In this document: positions 26,038 through 32,000 of the stretch, one piece after another
Layout of the letters: each line of letters opens with the position of its first letter
Numbering within the stretch: position 1 is the first letter of the stretch
Origin: Pyrobaculum calidifontis JCM 11548
GTDB lineage: Archaea; Thermoproteota; Thermoprotei; Thermoproteales; Thermoproteaceae
DNA length: 32,000 nucleotides
NCBI RefSeq assembly: GCF_000015805.1
Contig: NC_009073.1
Coordinates: 330,001-362,000, forward strand
Direction of reading: 5' to 3'
The notes under the pieces: generated by a model
What the model was told of the DNA's origin: nothing
Seen by the model: the letters and a program-made list of their open reading frames with translations, nothing else
The model's database searches: none
Translations under genes and position numbers: made by a program

Positions 26038-26196
26038 CTATATTTGAACTTCAAGCCTCTCTGTGAGGAGCTCGGTCTTACACCTTGGGCAACAGTACGT
26101 CACTAGGACGTACCTCTTAGACTGCGCCTTTCTTCCACACTCCACGGGCTTCACGGGTTTTTTGCACGTGGGACAGACCACGGTTTTTTGCCCCAT
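26038..26196 (-). CDS. small basic zinc-ribbon protein (52 aa), absent from the ORF track
   Basis: My own translation is MGQKTVVCPTCKKPVKPVECGRKAQSKRYVLVTYCCPRCKTELLTERLEVQI, with CPTC and CPRC knuckles 24 aa apart. A TATA-like box lies 24 nt upstream of the ATG. The TAG stop is 14 nt before the argH ATG. Confidence 0.5.
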   Translation of the reverse strand: MGQKTVVCPTCKKPVKPVECGRKAQSKRYVLVTYCCPRCKTELLTERLEVQI

Positions 26197-26214
26197 CGCC
26201 CCTAGAAAAAGGTA

Positions 26215-26226
26215 GAATATAAAAAG
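26215..26226 (-). promoter_or_regulatory. TATA-like box (minus strand CTTTTTATATTC) for the zinc-ribbon ORF and argH
   Basis: It is centred about 24 nt upstream of ATG 26196, directly after the argG stop. Confidence 0.45.
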
Positions 26227-26244
26227 TCTTGCCAGATATATATG

Positions 26245-27452
26245 TTATATACCCCTTCTCCGCCTCGCCGTGAGGGAGTGGAGACTCCACATCTCGATGA
26301 ACCCCCGCGCCTCCTCGTCGGTGGGGTACCACCCCCTGGAGTAGTCGGCGAGCTCCTTGCTGTACCCCCCATGTGGAGACCACCTCCCCACCACTTGTAC
26401 ACTGCCCTTGTAGAGCTTTACCCTTACCTCCCCCGTCACCCACTTCTCCATGGCCTCGGCTGCCGCCTCAAGCGCCTCCCGGAGAGGCTCCACGAAGAGG
26501 CCCTGGTACACCAAGTCGGCCCACTGGGGGTCAAGGACGTGGTGTTTAAACCTGAGCTCCCTAGGCGTGAGGACCAGCTTCTCCAAGTCGACGTGGGCGT
26601 GGTAGAGCACCACTGCGGCGGGGGCCTCGTACACCTCCCTGCTCTTGAATCCAACCAGGCGGTTCTCGATGTGATCTATTCTCCCCACGCCGTGGGCCCC
26701 AGCCAGGTGGTTTAGCTCTGCCACCAGCTTGTCCAGTGGCATCTTCTCCCCGTTCACGGCGACGGGGAGCCCTTTTTCAAACTCCAGCGTTAGGTAGGCG
26801 GGCTCGTTAGGCGCCTTCTCAGGCGCCACTGTCCACTTAAAGGCGTCCTCAGGCGGCTCCTCGCGAGGGTCGTCCAGCGGCCCTCCCTCGATGGAGCGAG
26901 ACCAGAGGTTGTCATCTATGCTGTACTTCTTGTGCTCCTCGCCTATGGGCAAGCCGTGGCGTCTGGCGTACTCCACCTCCTCGGCCCTAGTCATGCCCCA
27001 AATCCTCGCCGGCGCAACGATCTTCAAGTCAGGCGTCAATGCCTTTACTGTCACGTCGAAGCGCACTTGGTCGTTGCCCTTGCTTGTAGAGCCGTGGGCC
27101 ACGGCGTCCGCCCCAACCCTCCTGGCCACTTCCACCACCTTCTCGGCGATTAGCGGCCTAGCCAGCGCCGTGCCCAGCGGGTACTGCCCCTCATACATGC
27201 CGTTCATCAAAATGGCCCTCGATATATACTGCTCGGCGAACTCCCTCTTAGCGTCTACATAGAAGTGTTGCACTGCCCCAGCCTTGTACGCTCTCTGCTC
27301 AACCTCGGCGAAGTCCTCCTCTTGTCCAACGTCGACGGTTACAGTGTAGACCTCTGCGCCGAGCTTCTCCGAAAGCCACTTAATTGCTACAGTGGTGTCG
27401 AGGCCGCCCGAGTACGCGAGGACTATCTTACTCGCCCCGACTTACTCGCCAT
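26245..27452 (-). CDS. argG: argininosuccinate synthase with a frame discontinuity at its 5' end
   Basis: It has the P-loop AYSGGLDTT (27419-27393), [13 protein letters not shown] and overall ArgG-like sequence. The homologous frame is open from 27441 to 26245 but has no ATG/GTG/TTG before GTG 27273. ATG 27452 is one base out of frame (see findings). Confidence 0.85.
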
Positions 27453-27627
27453 AGTCCTCCACGTCGCCCTTAAACTCTTCCAGCTTCACAGAACCTCCCT
27501 TTATGCGGGCTATATACCGCGCCCCACATGTTGGACAACTCACAATTTCCCCGTCCATCACGTCGTCTGGAAGCTCGAACTCTGTTCCACAGACCTGGCA
27601 CGTTACCACCAGCTTTTGCTTTGCCAT
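27442..27627 (-). CDS. lysW: amino-group carrier protein LysW/ArgW
   Basis: This is a 61-aa zinc ribbon (CQVCG...CPTCG) with the acidic C-terminal tail GDVEDYGE. That matches the LysW EDWGE-type tail, which ends in the Glu used for substrate attachment. Confidence 0.85.
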   Translation of the reverse strand: MAKQKLVVTCQVCGTEFELPDDVMDGEIVSCPTCGARYIARIKGGSVKLEEFKGDVEDYGE

Positions 27628-27643
27628 GTACTTCCAATTCTAA

Positions 27644-27656
27644 CTCATTAATAAAC
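27644..27656 (-). promoter_or_regulatory. TATA-like box (minus strand GTTTATTAATGAG) for lysW-argG
   Basis: It is centred about 23 nt upstream of ATG 27627. A second AT-rich element, TTTATAAATATATATAT (27676-27692), lies just after the lysZ stop. Confidence 0.45.
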
Positions 27657-27696
27657 TTAACTCGCTCTTATACTCTTTATAAATATATATATCAAA

Positions 27697-28482
27697 CTAT
27701 ATGTTCCTAGAAATGTGAGTTCCAGCACCTCCGAGGGCCGCGTCAATCGGCGAGTCGGCCAAGCCGTTGGAAATAACCACCTCCACACCCCTCCTCGCCG
27801 CCTCCGCCGCCATGAGGAGCTTGCGCTTCATGCCGCCCCTAACCTCCTCGCTCTTCGCCAGCTCCTCCGCCTCCTCGGGCGTGAGCCTCGGCACAACTCT
27901 CCCCCCCAGGATGAGGCCGTCCACATCGCTGAGAATTACCAGCCTGCCCGCACCCGCCCTAGCCGCCACCTCGAAGGCCAGCTGATCTCCGTCTACGTTG
28001 AGGAGCTCCCCCTTCTCAGACACGGCAATGGGGGCGAGGACTTTGAGAGGCGGCGGGGCCAGCGCTTTCACATTAACGTCAACGATTTTGCCCACGTACC
28101 CCCCGTCCACTACTCTCTGCCTCCCCCTCTCGTCCACCACGAGGACTTTCTCCTTCCTTCTCGCCCTAACAACTCCGCCGTCTGCCCCCGTGAGGCCCAC
28201 GGCCTCCACGCCTCTTGCAAACAGCGAGGCCACTAGCTGTTTGTTGATCCAAGACATGGCCATGACGAAGACCTTCAAAGTCTCGAGGTCCGTGTAGCGG
28301 CTGACCACGCCGCCGGGGTGTGTGAGAAACTTAGGCTCAATCCCCATCCTCTTGAGGAGCTCGTTGACTAGGCACCCGCCTCCGTGCACCACCACAGCCT
28401 CGCCTGCGTACTTTGGGAGATTCTCCACCACCTTGCTCAGGTCTTTGCAGATGACAGAGCCGCCTACCTTGACGACGATCAT
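27697..28482 (-). CDS. lysZ: [LysW]-aminoadipate/glutamate kinase (acetylglutamate-kinase family)
   Basis: It has the N-terminus [10 protein letters not shown], the motifs VVVHGGG and NVDGD, and is 261 aa. It overlaps lysY by 4 nt. Confidence 0.85.
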   Translation of the reverse strand: MIVVKVGGSVICKDLSKVVENLPKYAGEAVVVHGGGCLVNELLKRMGIEPKFLTHPGGVVSRYTDLETLKVFVMAMSWINKQLVASLFARGVEAVGLTGADGGVVRARRKEKVLVVDERGRQRVVDGGYVGKIVDVNVKALAPPPLKVLAPIAVSEKGELLNVDGDQLAFEVAARAGAGRLVILSDVDGLILGGRVVPRLTPEEAEELAKSEEVRGGMKRKLLMAAEAARRGVEVVISNGLADSPIDAALGGAGTHISRNI

Positions 28483-29534
28483 ATGGGCGCCACTGGGATA
28501 TGTCTAAGGCCCTCGTCCTCTGGGAACCCCATGGCTATGTTGAAGGCTTGTACAGCCTGCCCAGCCGCCCCTCTCACTAAGTTGTCAATGGCGGCGAAGG
28601 TCACCACCCTCTTCATTCTCGCGTCTAGCTCAAAGCCCAGGTCCACCAAGTTGGAGCCGAGGACGTATTTGACGTTGGGGTAGCGCGAGATGCCGAGGCG
28701 GTCTTTCACAATACGTATGAACTTGGAGTCGCCGAAGAGGGCCCTGTAGTACTTCCACAAGTCGGCCTCGGTGGGCATCTTTTCCACAAAGACGTGGCCC
28801 GTGGTGAATATCCCCCTCACGATGTCCACGGCGTGGGGTGTAAACGCCACTTTGACCTCCTTGCCCGCGAGGCGGCTTAGCTCCTGCTCTATCTCGGCTA
28901 TGTGGCGGTGGTGGACAGGCTCGTAGGGCCTAACCACGTAGGTCCTAAAGCTGTGTAAGTCGACCACCGACCCCTCGGCGCCTGCGCCGCTCGACCCTAT
29001 CTTGGCGTCTACCACAGGCGGCGCACTTATGAGGCCGAACTTGGCAAGCGGCGCCAACATGAGGATCGAAGCCGTGGCCATGCAGCCGGGCACCGCCACC
29101 AGCCTCGCCCCCACCAGCTCCTCGCGGTGTAGCTCCGGCTGGCCGTACACCGCCTTTGCCAAGAGGTCTGGGTAGGGATGCGGCTGGGGCCACTTGTACC
29201 ACTCCACGTAGGCGTTTGGGTCCTTCAGCCGGAAGTCTGCGCTCAAGTCGAAGACTGCCACGCCCGACTCGTAGAGCTGTGGGACCCATTTCACAGACTC
29301 ACCGTGGGGTAGCGCGAGGAACACCACGTCGGCCTTAAGCGCGGCGTCTATCGTGGGCTCCACGAACTTCAGCTGAGTAAAGCCCCGCAGATTTGGGTGA
29401 ACCCGGTAGACGTACTCCCCCTTAAACTTCCGCGAGGTGGCGCACACCACCTCCACGCCGCTGTGTTGGAGCAGAATCCTGAGAAGCTCGCCGCCTGTGA
29501 AGCCGGAGGCCCCCACTATACACACCCGCTTCAT
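28479..29534 (-). CDS. lysY: [LysW]-aminoadipyl/glutamyl-phosphate reductase (ArgC family)
   Basis: There is an N-terminal Rossmann motif ([18 protein letters not shown]) and an active-site Cys context ([11 protein letters not shown]). The protein is 351 aa. Confidence 0.9.
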   Translation of the reverse strand: MKRVCIVGASGFTGGELLRILLQHSGVEVVCATSRKFKGEYVYRVHPNLRGFTQLKFVEPTIDAALKADVVFLALPHGESVKWVPQLYESGVAVFDLSADFRLKDPNAYVEWYKWPQPHPYPDLLAKAVYGQPELHREELVGARLVAVPGCMATASILMLAPLAKFGLISAPPVVDAKIGSSGAGAEGSVVDLHSFRTYVVRPYEPVHHRHIAEIEQELSRLAGKEVKVAFTPHAVDIVRGIFTTGHVFVEKMPTEADLWKYYRALFGDSKFIRIVKDRLGISRYPNVKYVLGSNLVDLGFELDARMKRVVTFAAIDNLVRGAAGQAVQAFNIAMGFPEDEGLRHIPVAPI

Positions 29535-30211
29535 ACCAGCTCAGCCACCAGCGCGGCCTCCCCCTTGTCGAGGGGAGGTATGGGGTCCACGTCTAACACA
29601 TATACCTCTCTGCCGTATTCGCCCAGGGTGATCTTGGCGTAGAGCAGGCCCAGGTGCTTAAGCACCTCTTTAGCGACGCCTTCCCCCGCCTTGGCCGTGG
29701 CGAACACCGTGTACGTCCTCTGCGGCTTGGGCACCACCACGCTTACTCGGGCAAGGGGGTTGCGCATGTAGAGGCGGTGTTCTAACACGCTCTTCGCACC
29801 CTCCACGCTTGTCACAACTCCATCTATGTCGAGACGCCAGGCGGTCATGAGGAGCCACGGCTTTTCCACCTCCACCTTCTCCACGGCGAAGTCGCTTGAC
29901 ACCACGGCGTGGGGAGGGCCAAACTTGGGGAGCCAGCTGAGTCTGTTCAACGCCGAGGCGATGGCCGCAGGCGGGTTTATGCTCCTCTCAGCGAGTTCGC
30001 CGTATGCCACAGCGGTGTAGGGGTTCCTCATTCTGAGAAGGGCTGTCCCGCGTATTCCGTAGATGGGCCTCTCCGTGACGTTTATAACAGTGGTCGCCAG
30101 ACCTCTGGTGGACAACGCGTCAGCTATATATTTCTCAGAGACTGTGGGGCTGTCCGTGAGAATGTAAATCGCCCCACTTTCCCCTCTGGCCCCAGATCCA
30201 TGCACCCCCAC
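29531..30211 (-). CDS. highly divergent LysX/RimK-like ATP-grasp-fold protein; catalytic motifs appear degenerate
   Basis: It occupies the lysX position, 4 nt overlapped with lysY. It aligns weakly by eye to LysX (IYILTD...INV, SINPP..I, VLEHR, YVLDVDPIPP versus the ATP-grasp xxExNxxPg), but is only about 225 aa. It lacks the VLKP lysine and the GSWGR loop. The start is uncertain (GTG 30211, GTG 30205, or ATG 30201 with a frame change). Confidence 0.4.
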   Translation of the reverse strand: MGVHGSGARGESGAIYILTDSPTVSEKYIADALSTRGLATTVINVTERPIYGIRGTALLRMRNPYTAVAYGELAERSINPPAAIASALNRLSWLPKFGPPHAVVSSDFAVEKVEVEKPWLLMTAWRLDIDGVVTSVEGAKSVLEHRLYMRNPLARVSVVVPKPQRTYTVFATAKAGEGVAKEVLKHLGLLYAKITLGEYGREVYVLDVDPIPPLDKGEAALVAELV

Positions 30212-30218
30212 TCGACCC

Positions 30219-30229
30219 CCTATAAAAAC
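30219..30229 (-). promoter_or_regulatory. TATA-like box (minus strand GTTTTTATAGG) for the lysX-like/lysY/lysZ operon
   Basis: Its centre at 30224 is 23 nt from the out-of-frame ATG 30201, 19 nt from GTG 30205 and 13 nt from GTG 30211. Confidence 0.4.
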
Positions 30230-30246
30230 TTTTTTCTTCGAAAGGG

Positions 30247-30257
30247 TTATATATAGG
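30247..30257 (+). promoter_or_regulatory. TATA-like box (TTATATATAGG) for thrC-thrB
   Basis: It is centred 22 nt upstream of ATG 30274. Confidence 0.5.
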
Positions 30258-30273
30258 GGCTTTTGGTGAGGCT

Positions 30274-31421
30274 ATGGAAAACGTTTCGGGGACAGTGTAT
30301 ACCTCCGGTGTATAAACTGCGGAGAGAGGTACGCCCCAAGCTTTAGGCTGTATAAGTGCCCAAAGTGCGGCGGTCTGTTGGAGGTTGTAGTTGGCGAGAA
30401 GTACTGGGCCCCCAAGGGGCGCGGCGTGTGGAGATATGCGTCTATGCTCCCTGTGAAAAACGGCGTGACGATGGGGGAGGGCCAGACCCCCCTAGTTCCC
30501 TCCACGCTTAAGCCAAACCTCTACGTGAAATACGACGGAGCAAACCCCACCGGCAGCTTTAAAGACAGGGGCATGGCGCTTGGCGTCACTGTTGCCAAGC
30601 TGAGCGGGGCAAACAAGGTGGTAGTCGCCTCCACTGGCAACACCGCCGCGTCGGCCGCGGCCTACGCCGCGAGGGCGGGGCTGAAGTGCTACGTAGTGCT
30701 CCCAAGGGGCAACGTGGCCCGCGGAAAGCTGATGCAAGCCGCACTCCACGGGGCCGAGCTAGTGATGTTAAACGGCCTCTTTGACAAGGCGCTTGAATAT
30801 GTGGTAAACTACGGGACGAAGTACGCCTACCCCCTCAACAGCTTTAACCCGTGGCGCCTCGAGGGGCAGAAGACCGCGGCCTTTGAAATATATGAAGAGG
30901 TGGGGTGCCCCGACTACGTGGTCGTGCCCGTGGGGAACGCGGGCAACATCTCAGCCATTTGGAAGGGGTTTAAAGAGCTGTGGGAGCTGGGCTTGTGCAA
31001 GAAGTTGCCCAAGATGGTTGGCGTGCAGGCGGAGGGCGCGGCCCCTATTGCGAATGCGTGGGCCATGGGGAAGAGGGCCCCCATATTCCTCGACGAGCCT
31101 CACACCGTGGCCACCGCCATTAAGATAGGAAAACCTATAAATTGGCCAAAGGCCGTAGCCGCCGTGGAGGAGTCAGGCGGGCTCTTCGTAACGGTGTCCG
31201 ACGAAGAGATCCTCAGAGCGCAGAGGCTTTTGGCGTCTAGAGACGGCTTGGGAGCAGAGCCCGCCGGCGCGGCATCTGTGGCAGCGGCCCTAAAACTCGA
31301 CTTAAGCGGCACCGTCGTGGCCGTTGTTACGGGGCACGCGCTTAAGGACCCCGACGTGGTCGAAATCTCGGCCAGAGAGGTTAGAAACGCCGACGAGCTT
31401 GTGGAGCTGTTGGAGAAATGA
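30274..31421 (+). CDS. thrC: threonine synthase with a frame discontinuity at its 5' end
   Basis: The PLP-lysine motif [10 protein letters not shown] is present, followed by [18 protein letters not shown] and [11 protein letters not shown]. An archaeal-type N-terminal zinc ribbon, [10 protein letters not shown]...[12 protein letters not shown], lies in frame at 30303-30383, but the first canonical in-frame start is TTG 30378. ATG 30274 is one base out of frame (see findings). Confidence 0.85.
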
Positions 31422-32000
31422 GGGCGCCGTCCACAAGCGCAAACCTCGGCGCAGGCTTCGACGTCGTGGCCGTGGCGCACGACGCCTACTTCGCCGAGGC
31501 GTACGTGGCCGTGGAGCAGGGCTGCGGCGTGGCTGTAAAATTCAAGGGATACGACCCGGGGGAGAACAACACCGTGTCACTGGCCTTCCGCCACCTCTTC
31601 AACATGCTCGGCATCTGTAGACAGGTAGAGGTGGTGGTGGACAACCGCATCCCCCTTGCCAGGGGTCTGGGCAGCAGCGGGGCCTCCGCAGTGGCCGCCC
31701 TAGCCGCGTTCATCCGCGAGGCGGGGCTGAAGGCGGAGCCCAAGCTGGTAGTAGAGGCGGCGGGCCTTGGGGAGGTGGCCGCCGCCGGGTCGCCCCACTT
31801 CGACAACGTGGCCGGAGCCGCCCTCGGCGGGGCAGTGGTGGTGGTCTCCACGTCGCCGCTGGAGGTGGTGAAGTTCAGCCCCAAGCTCCTCTTCGTGGTG
31901 GGGGTGCCAGACGTCCCGCCGATCCCAGAGAAGACTAGGCTCATGAGGAGCGTCCTACCCAGGGAGGTGCCCTTCAAGACCTATGTTGCCCAGTTGGCCA
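31418..32000 (+). CDS. thrB: homoserine kinase (partial; runs off the window end)
   Basis: My own translation from ATG 31418, which overlaps the thrC stop (ATGA), is [20 protein letters not shown].... It contains the GHMP-kinase motif [12 protein letters not shown]. It is missing from the ORF track because no stop falls inside the window. Confidence 0.85.

Noticed and set aside
26117-26715. ORFs 26117-26443 (minus strand, 108 aa), 26202-26402 (minus strand) and 26242-26715 (plus strand, 157 aa).
   Set aside because: They overlap the strongly supported argG frame in other frames or on the antisense strand and have Gly/Arg/Pro-rich composition. The real small gene in this area is the 52-aa zinc-ribbon ORF in a different frame.
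27442-27444. The idea that read-through of the in-frame lysW TAA produces a LysW-ArgG fusion, since both genes share a frame.
   Set aside because: LysW function requires a free C-terminal glutamate carboxyl for substrate attachment, so a fusion would destroy it. The out-of-frame ATG plus G4 run explains the junction more simply.
27676-27692. The AT-rich tract TTTATAAATATATATAT with (AT)5 after the lysZ stop, considered as a microsatellite or a second promoter.
   Set aside because: It is too short to call a repeat locus. It lies 57 nt from the lysW ATG, so it does not fit the leaderless spacing. It probably marks an inter-operon terminator or AT spacer, but this is unresolved.
1-32000. A search by eye for CRISPR arrays, tRNA or rRNA genes, C/D-box sRNAs (RUGAUGA...CUGA), transposase or integrase genes and terminal inverted repeats.
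   Set aside because: None was found. The few GTGATGA hits (for example near 10526 and 19364) lie inside conserved coding sequence without matching D boxes. An eye scan cannot exclude small ncRNAs.

Overview
The window looks like chromosomal DNA from a GC-rich hyperthermophilic crenarchaeon, probably Thermoproteaceae (Pyrobaculum/Thermoproteus-like). That assignment is an inference from gene content (aRF1, NurA-HerA-Mre11-Rad50, LysW carrier pathway) and from TATA-like boxes centred 22-25 nt upstream of most first-in-operon start codons, implying leaderless mRNAs. I support about 33 protein genes and found no rRNA, tRNA, CRISPR array or mobile element. Main blocks: (1) transporters and surface glycoproteins at 0.4-5.8 kb. 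(2) DapA-family aldolase, taw3, surE, rps10 and aRF1 at 5.9-10.8 kb. (3) A tightly overlapped nurA-herA-mre11-rad50 operon at 10.8-17.2 kb. (4) An AT-richer block, divergent from that operon, with a RavA/MoxR-like AAA+ ATPase, a VWA protein, a CBS protein and an exported DsbA-like oxidoreductase at 17.3-21.4 kb. (5) An ABC importer without a binding protein at 21.4-23.9 kb. (6) A LysW-carrier arginine cluster at 24.7-30.2 kb: lysX-like, lysY, lysZ, lysW, argG, an unlisted 52-aa zinc-ribbon ORF and argH. (7) thrC-thrB at 30.3-32.0 kb. I did not find a clear-cut novel multi-gene system. The best leads are one-base-short frame breaks in homopolymer runs at the 5' ends of argG and thrC (possibly also the lysX-like gene), a degenerate LysX-like ATP-grasp, the unlisted zinc-ribbon gene between argG and argH, a SWIM-like zinc-finger tail on HerA, and the MoxR-VWA pair sharing a 127-bp control region with the DNA-end-resection operon. 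All homology calls rest on motifs I recognise by eye; no database search was possible.
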